NCBI GenBank assembly: GCA_003971905.1
Contig: RSEE01000016.1
Location: 124,001 to 188,000 of the forward strand
Length of the DNA: 64,000 nt
Origin: Moniliella sp. 'wahieum'
Taxonomy: Eukaryota
Direction: 5' to 3'
Within the stretch, counting starts at the first letter, position 1. The number at the start of each line of letters is the position of its first letter. The position numbers and the translations under genes were made by a program. Below the pieces are notes generated by a model that ran no database searches, was not told where the DNA came from, and worked only from the letters and a program-made list of their open reading frames with translations. Of this stretch, positions 23,061 to 36,336 are shown piece by piece.

Positions 23061-24706
23061 TCACTTGTCCTCCGGCTCCGGAGCCAGTCCCTGGCGAGTG
23101 GCTTCAGTGGCACGAGTGTGGTGGTCGGGCGTAGCGGACTGGGTAGGCGCTGAGCCTTCCGAGACAGCGTCCTTCGCCGGGTCAGTGGCCATGCCCTCGT
23201 CCAAAAAGTCCTCGGTGGCCGGGTTGGGGTCAAACTCCACCTCCGGCTCGGAATCCGGTTGTTCTTCCGGGTCCAGCTCCACCGTCTCTTGCTTCCCCCA
23301 CGTCGCTGGCTCCGCCTCGTCGGTGGGGGCGACGTAGCAGGCGCCTCGGGAGTGGTCGCCTCCGTCACAGGAACACTCTCCTCCGACCCGGAAGCCAGGG
23401 CAAACGATTTGGGCCGGCCGCCGATTGCAGAGACAGCCTCCTTGCCCGGCAACGCAGCACGGTATTGCTCTGCGGTCCAAGGAAGGTGTTTCTTAGCGGC
23501 CATTTGCTGGGCCGCCTTGCCATCCGCGCCAAAGCTAACGGGGAACCCGAGCTTGGCAGACTCGACCACGTTGGGCGGGACCGAGTCCGGGTTGCCCCAC
23601 GGCAACGACTTGTCCCATGGCTCCGCCGTCTTTTCGGTCATGTTCGAGTAGCCTCCCACCTCTGCACCAACCGTCTTGGACAACCACGTCGAGGGGAAGG
23701 TGCGGTAGGTTGCACCGTTGGCCCGCTTGAGCTTGTTCTTGTTCTTCTGAGAAGCGGTAACATGACGAATGTTCACGGGCAAGTCGTCAAAGTAGGGTCC
23801 ACGCTACAAGGCACCAGAGCGGAAAGGGAAGAGGGAAAGAGGAGGGTCAGTATCAAAAAACAGCACATTTGCAACACGCCAATGGGCAAAGGAATGGGTA
23901 GCGTACGTTGGATTCAGCCACCATGTCATCAAAGCGGTCGAAAACCCACTTGATGTTTTGGTTCACGTTGGGGAAGCGGGCGCAAGAGATCTTGACCCAA
24001 CCCAAGCCACGCTCCAACACATCGTCCCACGACATGGGCGCCAACGAACGGTAGGGGGCCTTCTCGGTTCCGGGCATGTGGTTGAGAGCGTCCGTGCGCG
24101 AGGGGTCGTAGCGAGTAGCAGCAAGTTGAAGGAACTTTTTGCGAGCCTGCTTGGTAGGCAGCAACCCCGATGCAAAGAGCTTCTCGACCGGGAAGTCAAT
24201 GCGTGCCTTGAGGGTCATCGGCTCGTCCTTCGTGCCTTGAAAGTGCATGGTGCGCAGACGCAGGAAGTGATGCTTGTCCGGCACGCGGAAGGGCGTGACG
24301 AATTCTGCGGGGGATCAGGCGGGCAGAGAGGGTAAAGAACCAAAGTGAACATAGGCCGAATGGTTAGAGCTGAGGGGTTGCACCACAATCATCACGTGGA
24401 CGAGGGAGACCAGTACGCACGAGATAGCCTTGGCAGTTCGTTCTCCACCAAACGCGCATAGGTGGCGAGGATAGGTGGCGGTCAATGTCCTGGTGGGGGG
24501 GTAGGGGACATCCTGATCCAAAAAGTCGTACATCTCCTCCATGCGGTGCTCCGGCTTGGCACCGCGCTCGAGGAACCAAGAGCCATGGGAAGTGTTGACG
24601 GACATGGCTTTGGAGTGGGCCGCGGCGGACGTAGAGAAAGGGCGCGAAGGCCCGTGGCGGACCGAAGGGCGGGTGCCTGCCGAGAGACAGCGCGAGCGAG
24701 CAGCAT
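23061..24706 (-). CDS. RSM24: mitochondrial small-subunit ribosomal protein mS35 (Rsm24), with introns
   Basis: Presequence-like MLLARAVSRQAPALRS; FLQLAATRYDP, VKISCARFPNVNQNIKW and DLPVNIRH motifs; intron GTACGC..CTGAC..TAG at about 23803-23905. Confidence 0.85.
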
Positions 24707-25943
24707 GGCGCGCACGGGTAGACCTGGGAGGAGGTGGGACAGGGGGCGCCGCAGCCTCTGCTTGGGGCAAGAATGAATGAGCGAACGAAGATGAGGGCTG
24801 AGGACCACTTACGTCAGCCGAGCTTCCGGGTCTCCCCGCTGGTTCCGCCTTGGGTGTCAATTCCGAGCCGGCATGTCTGGGATGCGATCGGTGCAATGCA
24901 GGAGTGGCCGTGCTTGGGCTGCTGGGGGGCGCAGGCAGGCGCCGGACTGGCGCCGAGCGGCGCCGTGCACGGGCCCGCCTTGGGTTCGGTCGGCATGGGG
25001 GGTGCCGCACAGGGCCGCTCTCGGCGTGGCCTGAGGCGGGAGCGCGTGAGCAGCGGCAGCGGTGTGCGCTGGGGGGCGTTGCCAGCGGAGATACACCGTA
25101 CGGGGCTGCACTTGCCACGCCAGCCATCGGGGTCGCGGCCAGATGCGGCAGGGGGTGGCAGACGAACGGCAGACGCCGGCGCTGGCAGGGGGGGGGGAGC
25201 GGATGGCACCGAGACGCACTGCCGCAGTGTGTGGGAGACCGCGCGGCGGCGGTGTGGGCTGTGTGCTACGGCAGGAGGGGGCGGGCGTGTGGGCTGGTGC
25301 GGTGTGCGAGGCGGGCGCACGGGCGGGCGGCCGCAGCAGCTGGCGCTGCTGGCGGCGGGCGGGGCGGCAGGGAGCGGCGCGTGGCAGCCCACCGGCCTGC
25401 CCCGTTGGCTGCGCTCAGCTCTGCTCTGTTCTGCGCACAACCGCATTGCTTGCGTGCCAACCCTGCCACCCCGTCTCGCCCGTCTCCCTTGCCTGCCCCA
25501 CCGCGCGCCCACTGCAGCCGGCAGCGCCAGCACCTGCCAGCACCCCGCACCCCGCACCCCGCACCCAGCACCTCACCCAGTCGCGTCCAGTCAGCCAGTC
25601 TAGTCTGCTGCCTGCTGCCTGCTGCCTGCGGCCTGCTGCTCCACCCGTCTCGGCACCCGACACGCCGCACCGCCACAGCTGTCACCGGCACTGCCCTTGC
25701 GGCCTGCCGCGCCGTGACACCTGCCGCCTGCGCTGCCCTGCGCTGCCCCCGCTGCACTCCACGCCCGTCGGCTGCGTTTAGCGCTACACCCCCCTCCTCG
25801 CCCCGCGTGAGTGCCCCCTGCCCCCGCCCCGTGTCCACCGTGCCGCGCGTGCTGACCACTGACTGCACTGCCCTGCTGCCCTGCTGCCCTGCCTGCCTGT
25901 CCCAACCGCTGACCCGCCCCTCGATGCGTGCCTGCCCCCCAGC

Positions 25944-27135
25944 ATGGACCCTCCCGACGCCTTTGGCTTTGGCGCACAGCCGCCGCCGCTCCCGCCGGCT
26001 CCTTCCCGGCTACCCCAACCTCGGCTACGCGTCCCAGCACACCGCCCCACCACCAGCCACCCACCACCGCCCGCACCATCCGTCGGCGCATATGGCGCCG
26101 GCCGCCACGCCTTGCCCCCTGCCAACAGCATGTACCTGCCTCCTCGGCCGACCCATACCAGCAGCCCCCCGGCCAGGCACGGCGGCTGTCGGCCTATTCG
26201 GCCCAGTCCGCGTACTTCCCCACGGGCATGGTCCCCCCCAGCTCCCGCCCCAGTCGGTCGACTCCCTTCTGACCCCGTCCGCGCCCAGCCACAACCACGC
26301 CCACACCCCTATTGCGCGCCAAGCGCGTGCGGGCGACGCGCGCATGCTACCGCACGGCTACCCTCTTGACGACCCTCAGTCCGAAGCGGCAGCGGAGGCC
26401 GAGGTGGATCAGTCGCCCCCTCCTCCCATTCGGCCCGCGGAAAAAGCGTGCCGTGCCCGAGGCCCAAGAAACCGATGCGGGCGCATGTCAAGCCGCCGAA
26501 GCACGCCGTCGGCGTGGCAGCTCTTCTTTACTCAAGAGCTGGCACTGCAGCGTAGTGCCAATCCACAGGGACGACTCAACGTTGCCCATGTCTCCAAGGG
26601 CGCCGGGGAGAATACAATGCGCTGCCCGCGAGCGAAAAGGCCAAGTACCAAGCCGAGAGTCTCCGTCTCAAGGGAGAGTGGGAAGAAGCGATGCGCTTAT
26701 GGACTGCATCCTTGTCCCCCGAGGACTTAAGCTGGAGAATGCCTACCGCACCCAGCAGCGCAAGGCGGGTAAATCCCGCAAGGCCAACCTGAAGGACCCG
26801 CATGCACCCAAAAACCATTGTCGGCGTACTTTTTGTTCCTCCGCGGCATCCGCGCCTCGCCTGAACTTACCCAGAGCGTGTTTGCCGGCGCGGTAGGCAC
26901 CACGAAACAATCCATGCTGGCCGCGACCCGTTGGCGCGAAATGAGTGAGAAGGAGAAGTTGCCATTCATCACCAAGGCGGAGCAGGACAAGGTGCGGTAC
27001 GAACAGAGTCACAAAGTGTATGAGGCAGCCTTGGCCCGTGGCGTTCCCCCGACACCCATCGGTCGAAGCCAAGCAGGCCGGTTTGGCGGCCTCAGACCAC
27101 AATGGCCAAGTCGAGTCCGGTGGTGGCGCAACTGA
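25944..27135 (+). CDS. tandem HMG-box protein
   Basis: Box 1 SAWQLFFTQEL..LNVAHVSK; box 2 KDPHAPKK(P)LSAYFLFLRGIR...WREMSEKEKLPFITKAEQDKVRYE. Confidence 0.9.
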
Positions 27136-27955
27136 TTCAAGAGGGTTTGCCTCGAGGCATTTCGTTTGACCCCAGCTCCAAGGAGTTTGACGGTACCGCG
27201 GCGGCGGCAGAACGGGCGGAATAATAGGTACCCCCCCCCCCCCCCGCCGCTCTCCTCCTTAGCCTAGGTCGAACTAGGACACCCAAAACTCCTCGGTCGC
27301 ATTGCTGTTGTCTTGGGCCTGATCTTGCTGTGCGGTTGCGCTCCCCCCGCTCTTGGCCCCATCTTTTTCTCTGATCGATAGGATGCAGAGGGGGCCTGTG
27401 CCCCTCTTCCCTGTCTCGCCTACTATGTGTATGACCCCCCGTGTATTTCCCCCCGTTCCCTTGCCCTGACCCCTGACTCTGAACGTCGGGACGCTCAAGG
27501 CACACCCTGGCCGGTGGTGACCACAGGCAGACGAAGGTTACCCTGCTAAGCCCTCCTTCCTGTGCGGCTCTATTTGTACAAATTTTGTTGACTCCGTTCG
27601 TGAGGAACGAACCGCACCCTGCTTCATTTACAGCAGTATACATGCGATTTCGTTCTCTTTGCCCTCGATGTGCTTTGATTGTGCTTGATACGTATTATAT
27701 AATGCCGTGGCTAGCTCTAGCTGTCTCTACATTAACTTTCTGTGGCGCATCGTCCGATTCCAATGACAGGCATGTACGACGACCATGTGCCTCAGTGATC
27801 AAGTATGACTTTTGTGGAAGACTCCAAATAAGTGAGGGGGGGTAGATTGGAAGGCCCACAAGATACCAACGGAGAGTTATCTAAAGCAAGATCGAGGGAG
27901 AAGTAGGGAAGATATACAATCCGACACAGACGGTGCACCGTTCTCTCCGCTCGAC

Positions 27956-29600
27956 CTAAATGCGCCCGCCCGCGTCTTGACAGATTGGAAGCCATCGGCT
28001 GCAACGTTGTCGCCCGCCCCGGTTCTTACCTGAGCCTCGACTTCGGTTGTTGGCAGCCGGAGCAGTCGACTCCGACGCTTGGGCCCCACCTGTACCACCG
28101 GCTGTCCTGGTGCCGTGGTAATCACGATGCCCTTTTTGGCTTGGACGCGGCCAAGGCACGCCGGGCCACCTCAGGCGAATCAAAGTCAACAAACGCACCG
28201 CCTTTGTGCGGCAAGAGGTGACATGCAGCACTTGACCAAACGGCGACAAGGCTTTCCTCAAGTCCGCCTCCTTGATGTTGCTCGTGACCGACTTGATGAA
28301 AACCGATGCATCTTTCACTTGCCCCTTGGGCGATGGTCGCGGAGCAGGGGCAGGTTTAACCGTCTCATTCTCAGCCGGAGCCACGACGGACGAGGTGGTA
28401 GAAATGGTACATGCGGCGCTGGGCTGCCCCTGGTGCCTTGGAGCCGCGGGTGCACTAGGAGCACCCTTGGTTGGCCCATGGGTTTCAGTCGGTTGTTTCG
28501 CCACAAGGCTCGCGCCAGGTACGTTGGTTGGGTGTAGGAGAGTAGGGGCTGGGGCTGGGGCTGGGACAGGGGTAGGATCGGGGAGAGCTTGAGTGTGGGG
28601 TTGGGTTGTGAGTGGGGCAGAGGCGAGGCTGGGGCCTGAGGTAGACGCAGAGGCCGAGGGACGTGTGGGAGCGGACGGCGTGGGCACAGTAACGCATCCT
28701 TAGTAACAATTGCTTGGGAAGAAACGGCCTGAGCGTGCGCGGGGGTACCAGTAGCACTTGAAGCGGGGGGAGTGGAGGTCGAGCTGCCGAGCTACCTGCC
28801 GAGGGAGCAACCGATGTGGAAGAGGCGACGATGATTCACCAACGGCGGTCCGAGGTGTTGAGACAGAAGGAGAGTCGCTCACAGGTGGTAGACTCGGCTG
28901 AGAGATCTCCTTGGCGACCTCGGCAGTGGGCGCCGAAGTATGCTCTCCGTGCTGTCCAGCATGGAGGCCGTTAGCACAGGCGCTACCGAAGGTGACTTGC
29001 TCCGCCTTCACCTCCTGTCCCACCGTGACCGAGTTGGCAGTTCCCGTCCCATTGGGTACGGGGCCGAGGGAGCAGACTCGTCATCTTGCTCGAGGCGGAG
29101 AATGTCACTGAAGATAGAGATGATACCGGGGGTGTCGATGGGAGCAAGGGGGAACCGAGCTGAATACGAGGGACTGGGAGAAGGGCGGAAGGGCAAAACA
29201 GTGCCTTGCGGTGGCAAAGCAATCTCCCCCACCACCTGGGTAAGAATTTGATGGGCACCAACAGGCACACTGTCGATCGACTTGATTACACGTACGTCCC
29301 GGGCTTGACTTGCATAGTAGGAAGCAATGTGCTACGGTCCGAGTCAGACACCGCCATTGCAGAGGGGAAGAGACGAAAACGTACAGTGTGGCCCATGACC
29401 TGGAACGGGATCGGTCACCCTGAGAACGGGAGAGGTGAGCATCCGGATGTAGAGCTGAGTTAGGTCGGCAGGCCGTTCGTGAGCAAGCTGCCAGTACCGG
29501 CCCATGACAAACCAGCTGAGAGCGGGGGTGTCAGCATACTGCCCAAAGGCGCCGAGCCAGAGTCTGCAGGGTCCGCAGCTGAAGTATCGGTGGCGGGCAT
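27956..29600 (-). CDS. NTF2-like + RRM protein (G3BP/Bre5/Nxt3-like)
   Basis: N-terminal SWFVMGRYWQ, ILTQVVGEI and IFSDILRL (NTF2-like); Pro/Ala/Ser linker; C-terminal SVFIKSVTSNIKEADLRKALSPFGQV RRM. Confidence 0.7.
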
Positions 29601-30201
29601 GGCGAAGCAACGGGCGATGGAGAGGCGGAGATGGTGGCGAGAGTCTGCCGCCGCCGTCTTTTTTATCCAAGAAAACCACCGATTTGCTAGTCTGCTAGGG
29701 TTACGCAGAGCGCCTGCCCACCTGCCCACCAGAGCACCCTGCTGCAGGCTGGTACACGGCCGCGTGATAAACGCTTCATCTGCGTTGGCAACTTCGTACC
29801 CATGCACTCGTGCCGGCCTGCGTGAGCATCTGACGGTCAAGCTCGCGTCTCGGTGCATACGTGCGTCGTCCGCCACCCGCCTGGGTACTGAACACTACTG
29901 ACCGACCACACCCAGAACGCTATTTCACGACAAGCTAGCAGGTATGCAAGAAGAAACCTAATTAATAGGTCGCGGTGATGCCGCAGGGGGACAGAGGGCC
30001 GTGGGTAACCTCCCAAATGAAGCGAAGCTTTAAGCAATGCATAACCACTAGCGCCTGGGATCAGCATACCTTTTATCTGCACTGGGCCGTTGGGCAACCA
30101 GCGAGATGACCACCGCGGACCAAGCAGCCTCAATGGTGGATCAGCCCCCCAAGAAGCTCGTCCACAGGCATAGCCATAAGGGGGGAGAATGTGCCTCAAC
30201 C

Positions 30202-31422
30202 TTAGATGAGGTCGGCAATGTCCATGGGCATCTCCTCAATGTGGGTCGAGTAGAACATCTCAATCTCGCGCATCATGGGGAGGTCGTCCTGGTGACAAAG
30301 TTGATGGCCACACCCTTACGACCAAAGCGACCGCCACGGCCAATACGATGGATGTAGTTCTCGCGGTTGGTAGGCAGGTCGTAGTTGATGACCCGACACT
30401 TGCTGGACGTCGATACCACGGGCAGCAGGTCGGTGGTGATGAGAATGGCGAAGAGGAACGCGAGGAGCAAGAGCTAACTCCTGCATGATAACGTCACGCT
30501 GCGACTGCTCCATGTCACCGTGCATGGCCGAGACAGTGAAGTCCTGGTGATGAGCTGGTCGGTGAGCCAGTCGACCTTGCGGCGGGTGTTGCAGAAGATG
30601 ACGGCCTGGGTGATGGTGAGCGTCTCGTACAGATCGCACAGAGTCGCCAGCTTCCAGTCCTCCTTCTCGATGGAGATAAAGAACTGACGGATACCCCAAG
30701 CGTAAGCTCGTCACGCTTGACCAAGATGCGGACGGGGTCGCGCATGAACTTCTTGGTCACCTCCAGCACATCGGTAGGCATGGTGGCCGAAAGAAGCACG
30801 ACCTGGGTGTCTTGGGGAAGGCGCTGGAAATCTCGTACATCTGCTCCTTGAAACCCTTGGAGAGCATCTCGTCGGCCTCATCAAGGCAGAACATCTTGAG
30901 GCGCTGGTCACAAAGTGGCCACGGTCAATCATGTCGAAGACACGGCCGGGGGTACCGACAACAACGTGAGGGCCCTCTTGCAGGCGGGCAATGTCCTCCG
31001 AGATACGGGTGCCACCAACGCAGGCATGGCAGTTGACCTTCAGGTAGTCACCAAGGGCGAGCACGACCTTCTGGATCTGGAGCGCAAGCTCACGGGTGGG
31101 AGCCAGGACAGGGCCTGGGTCTTGTTGACCGTGGTGTCGATGCGCTGGAGAATCGAGATGGAGAAAGTGGCAGTCTTGCCGGTACCCGACTGGGCTGCTG
31201 AGCAATGACATCGTTACCCTTGACGATGGGAACAATAGCACGCGCCTGGATAGCCGAGGGCTTCTCGAAACCATAGGCGTACACACCGTGGACAAGGTCA
31301 GGCTTGAGGTCCATGGTGTCGAAGTTGTCGCACACCTGGTCCCAGTTGGACTCAATGGTTGGCTCAGCCATGGGGTCGGTGCTGCCGCCAGCGGCGACCG
31401 GGGGGATCTCAGTGTTAGACAT
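30202..31422 (-). CDS. TIF1: translation initiation factor eIF4A (DEAD-box helicase), frameshifted
   Basis: [71 protein letters not shown]. Confidence 0.97.
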
Positions 31423-32621
31423 GTGGGCGAAGGTTAGGATTCGAACTGAACTTTCCTTGCTCAGGAAAGAACCACTCGGAGAAGTAGGGGGGGGGGTCGG
31501 AGGGGAGGTGGCTGCGAGGAAAGAAAGGTTAACGACCGCACGTGTGGCAAATAAGCGAGAATCACCGGAAGGCAACGTCGAACGCAAGGAGCGCGTACGA
31601 TGCTTGCCAACGAGGCCAGGATACGCACTTGGGATAGCGGGTAAGGATGGGATCCTTGGAGGAACAGAAGAAGAAAACGGAGACGCCGGGCAGCTTAAAG
31701 GCCATCATGTGGGGCGTGCAGTGCTCCAAAGCGAGCTCTAGGCCAGTGTCGACCAAAAATTGAAGGAAAATTTCAGCAGGGCGGCTCACTGCCTGTTCGG
31801 CAAGGGTTGCATGGCGTCTGCAACGCACTGGCCCTGTGCCGTCGCAGCAGCAGCGCACTGTTGGGCAAGAGCCGCAGCAAAGCGGAGGAGCACTGCCCCT
31901 TTGCTGTCGGGGTTCTCCGAAATGGCATCGGTGCATCAGCTCGGTTACGTGGCATTTGAAACTTCATAGTTAGTGAAAACGGAATATTTCAGGCTTGGCT
32001 GTGCAAAAAAATTATTGCCAAGCGACGTCACGCGTCACGCTTTACATGTCACACATCACACGTCACGTGCCAAGGCGCCACCACCAACGAGCAACTAGTA
32101 AGCGCCTGTAACATGTAACAAGCCGCCAAAACAACTCACTTCCCTGATCGAGATCATGCATCGACCCCTCCGTTGGGATCCTTGTTCGCATGTCATGCAT
32201 GTCACACCCCTCGTTTGTACCATCTCCCTTCTTTGCCTTTGCCTCCTTGTCTGCAATGCAAATAGACTTCGATACTTTGGCTACCCACTTCGCTTCCTTG
32301 CCTGAGGTGAAGGGGTGTTTCGCTTCTCTTGTTGACCTTCTCTGCAAATGAGATTGCCTTGAAGAGTTGCGGGTATCCCTTTGCCTCCTCACCTTACCTG
32401 GATCTGCCCCGCAGCTGATCCCACAAGGTCTCTCAATGTCTCCCAAGTCGTACTCTAGCACTCTAGTCCATTTACCGCAAAAACGGAGACACCGGTCTTT
32501 TCAGAACAAGAAAATAAGGTACGTGGAGGTCGGGGTCGGACCATAACGGGACCAGAACGGGAGCAATGGTGCTGTGCGAAAAGGACACCAGCAGGCAGGG
32601 GGATGCTTGTTGCTTGGATAA

Positions 32622-33396
32622 TCACCGCAGCTTCTTATCCTCGAAGAATACCTAGAGGGAACATGTACGTTAGAGAGGGATGCGAACTCGATGAACCAGG
32701 AAAAGTGGAAACTTACCCGCAGGTGGCGCAGCTGCCAAAGGCAGGTGCAAAGAAGAACAACCAACTGAACTGCCGACCAGTACACCGCGCGTGAGTTGGT
32801 CTTTTCAGAAAGGTTGCGGAACTCGGCCTCGCGTTCGCGCTGGTATCGTTGTTCGCGGCGAATGTCGCGGACGAGGGCGTTAAGGTCTTTAACGCGGTTG
32901 GACACTCATTAACGTGATTCTGATTCTTGTGCGAGTGATCGGGCTTGGCGTCGCCAATGATAATGTCAAGGTGCATACGAATTTGGCCGTGGTCAGAGCG
33001 GTGGGAGGAGAGGTAGTCGGTAGACAGGCAGATCTCGTGTTCCCCATTGTTGTGGCTCGTAAAAGCAAACTTGCCCTCGCTAGGTGCACGGGTGGAGGTG
33101 AGGACGTGGGAATTGTCCAGCTCACGAATCAAAATGTTCATACCCAAGTCATCGTGGATGTTAAAGCGTCCCTCGGACTTGTCCCATTCCTCAGCCATGT
33201 AGTGGCCCACGACAACTGTGTCGGAGGGAAGGTCCTCGATGAAGCACTTGCGCTCGTGCTGGTCAAGATAGAAGTAGAGCTACCCAGTCGAGAAGAGTCA
33301 GCATTCAATCGCCCAAGTCCGTGAAATAATACAAACCCCGTGCACAGCCTGTATCGAGGCGATGGCGAAGAGGCTGACCAACAGAAGCAAGCGCAT
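32622..33396 (-). CDS. p24/GOLD cargo receptor, alpha subfamily (Erp1-like), with introns
   Basis: Signal peptide MRLLLLVSLFAIA; LYFYLDQHERKCFIEDLP; GKFAFTSHNNGEHEICL; YQREREAEFRNLSEKTNSR; TM helix; tail FEDKKLR. Confidence 0.92.
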
Positions 33397-33754
33397 TGTT
33401 GTCGTAGGACAGCCGGGATCTCGGATAGTGGTGGCGTCCAAGAAGCCAAGGCAATCAATCATCTGGCCAACGTGGCGCGCACGAGATCTTACCTAACCAG
33501 CTTAACTCCACGTACCAGCGCGGATGAAATGTGAAATCCTATTCAGGCTCTGGACTACGGAGGCTCAATTAAAACCCCCTGCTCACCCAATACGCTCAGG
33601 GTAAGCGCAGCTTGTGTTGAGGAAACCGAGAGCCAGCTTCATATACCCCCCTATTCGCTGTAACATCATTGTAACACTTCTATGTGCAAGAGCATTTCTG
33701 TACCCTCTCTCCCCTCATGAAAGCATACCGGGGGGGTCAGCATGTTCCAATCAT

Positions 33755-34777
33755 TCATCCCACTGCCCACACTTGGACGCTGCCATCGGTACCGGCTGAC
33801 ACACCTTTGGCAGAGCCATCAGGGCACGAAACAAGGTCACTCCAAAGCACCTGCACCGCGCGCGAATTTTTACTTGGAGGGGTATGGAACGAGGTACAGG
33901 CCGCTGGCTGTAATGGGGGCACGCCATTGGAGACGACATCGGCTGGTGGTATTGACTGGGTGTCCCATAGGTAGACTTTCCCGTCTTCTCCTCCACCCAA
34001 AGCGGCTGTCCCATTGGATAGAATGTCTGCGTGACAGCGATAGTTTTGGTGCGGAGCACCCTCTAGCCTAGCCAACAGGGAACCGTTGTTGATGTCCAAT
34101 AATCGAGGGGGTGCGTGCAAAGCGGTGACGAGCATGCGGGAATCCGCGTCCAGGACGATACTAGTGACTGGGTCACCCATGTCGTCCGCGAACATGGTAC
34201 CGGACCGAACATCGTAGATGCGAACAAACCCATCGACGCTGCCACTGACAAAGGTACAGTCACCAGTAGCCAAAGTGAGGATAGCATCCTTGCCTTCGGG
34301 CAGCTCCATCAGAGGTCTCCCGCCCTGAGAGCGCAAGTCATATGCGGACCATGCCATCAAAACCTCCCACTGCAAGGGTGCTCCCATCGGGCGAAATGGT
34401 CCTGCTGAGTTCACACTGCGGCCGGCAAAGACGACCGCATGTGTTCGGCCGCTAGTGCTGCCTTGCAGCCTGCGACCGGGGAGGCAGTGACCACGTCCCA
34501 TAAGATGACGTTCCGGTCGTTCCCGGCACTTGCAAACGTAGAATTCCTGCGTCACATCGATCGCCAGAACCTCGCGAGCAGTTGCCTTGTAGGATTCAAT
34601 GGGGATATGCAGGCCTTCTTTGCTGAGCGTGTCGGCTGGCGGGCTGGACGCGTTCCACAAACAGACCCGCCCGTCAGCGCCGCCAGTTAAGACGTACTTG
34701 CCCTTGGAAGCCAGACGAGCTACATGCACAGGGCCGGTATGGGCATGGCTGTACCGGGGTCCACGCTCGATACGCAT
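33755..34777 (-). CDS. WD40-repeat protein, WDR83/MORG1-like
   Basis: HTGPVHV..GKYVLTGGADGRVCLWN, SGSVDGFVRIYDVRSG, GGEDGKVYLWD. Confidence 0.8.
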   Translation of the reverse strand: MRIERGPRYSHAHTGPVHVARLASKGKYVLTGGADGRVCLWNASSPPADTLSKEGLHIPIESYKATAREVLAIDVTQEFYVCKCRERPERHLMGRGHCLPGRRLQGSTSGRTHAVVFAGRSVNSAGPFRPMGAPLQWEVLMAWSAYDLRSQGGRPLMELPEGKDAILTLATGDCTFVSGSVDGFVRIYDVRSGTMFADDMGDPVTSIVLDADSRMLVTALHAPPRLLDINNGSLLARLEGAPHQNYRCHADILSNGTAALGGGEDGKVYLWDTQSIPPADVVSNGVPPLQPAACTSFHTPPSKNSRAVQVLWSDLVSCPDGSAKGVSAGTDGSVQVWAVG

Positions 34778-34981
34778 GAGCCGACGCGCAAGAAGGTGGG
34801 ATTGTGGAGTTGCCGAGGTGATCAGTGCATTGGAACATGGAAAGCGGCGGGCGGAACAAGTGAGCAGAAATCGGAATCCGGGACGACTCTCGCGAAAGCT
34901 GGTTACGTTTTGTCGCTTGTCAACACGGTGGCGCGATAAAGTAATTTAATTGGTTTGACCATTCTGTACGCACCACTGGGC

Positions 34982-36336
34982 ATGGCGCCCAACCACCGCC
35001 CAATCCAGCCACATGTCCGAGCGCGGCGGAGCCGACGAGATTGGCGACCCCAGCGACTGGACAGGAGAGATGCGGTGGGCTGCTTCATTAGACTCGAGCA
35101 TGCGGTGTGAACTGTGCTATGACTGTTCGTCGCACCCGTCAGTCTACGCGCCTGTGGCCACGCGTTTTGCAGCGTCTGCATCCGGACCCACATCAACCAG
35201 CCCCAAGCCAAGGGTCAATTCTGCCCCAAGTGTCGCCAGCCAAAGGCGTATGACTCGAGCCTTGTGCCCCAACCAGCACTTGAGATTGCAGCCGATGTCT
35301 GGAGATCCAACCGCTCGCGGTTGCGTGCTGCCCTTGAACGCCAAGCCCACGATGCCGCCACGATCGCCCGATTAGAAGAACGGATCCGCTCACTTGAGGC
35401 AATAGTTCAAGAGCAAAAACAAGCCCATCCCGAATCTTCGATGATGGAAGAAGATATTACTGCCCCCGCCATCCTCCTGACGAGATGAAAGAGGATGAGC
35501 TGTTTGATCGCAACCTCGAAGTTGTCCAAAAGATAGAACCGGGGCACCAGTTCCCTCCCCCTGACCAAGTGGAGCCGGCAGCTCCAAGGCAAATCCGCGG
35601 CACATCCTCCAAGCCCTCATCCCTACTCAAAAGAAAGAGGTCTCGCAGTAGCAATTCGGACAATTGTGACGTTGAGATTGTTCAGGCCACTCCCAAAGCG
35701 CTCAATCGTCATTTGGATAGTGGCCGTGCAAAGCTGACGAGAATCCAAGTCAAAGGGGACCCAGTCCTTCCTCTCGCCCATCGCCTAACCGCTCAAACTC
35801 ACTAAATGAGTTTTATGCGCCCGTTTCGTCGTCCGTTTGCGTAAACGAGCAGCAACAGGACGGATTGGGTCGGACGTGACGGCTTTCTTTGGCGGCAGCA
35901 CCCCTGACAATGCGCTTGACCCCCAAGCCAAACGATTGGTTCGGCCCCATTACCATGGACAACGGGATAAGGACCTACGCAAGTTACTCAAGGATGCAGG
36001 TCTTTCAGGGGTGGGATCGCGCCAGCGAATGATCCAACGGCACACTCAATGGGTCAACTTTGGAACGCAAATATCGATGCTACCCCTTCTTTGCGCAAGT
36101 CGACGGCCGAACTTCGATCCCAGTTGCATCAGTGGGAAAATAAAGTGCTTGACGCCTACCGCCCCACCGTGCCCCCGGCAAGAGCCTCTTCGGCAATGTC
36201 AAGCGACGCATGGGTTGCCGCCCACCGAGATCAATTTCGTGACCTGGTCCGAGCAGCCCGCACTTCGGCTATGCACGAACGGAAATGTCCTGCTGAGTCT
36301 GCTACGAAGGAGGCCAATGTTTCCGTTGAGCGGTGA
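34982..36336 (+). CDS. RAD18: post-replication repair E3 ligase Rad18 (RING, SAP-like), frameshifted
   Basis: LDSSMRCELC...CGHAFCSVCIR...CPKCR RING; LRKLLKDAGL SAP-like segment; LWNANIDA..RKSTAELRSQLHQWE. Confidence 0.9.

Noticed and set aside
24814..25940. Long overlapping ORFs (626, 289 and 247 aa) between RSM24 and the HMG gene
   Set aside because: Very GC-rich divergent promoter/UTR sequence that lacks stops by composition. No domain is present until the HMG part.
27956..31422. G3BP-like gene next to eIF4A as a stress-granule cluster
   Set aside because: Adjacency of two housekeeping genes, with no evidence of co-regulation.
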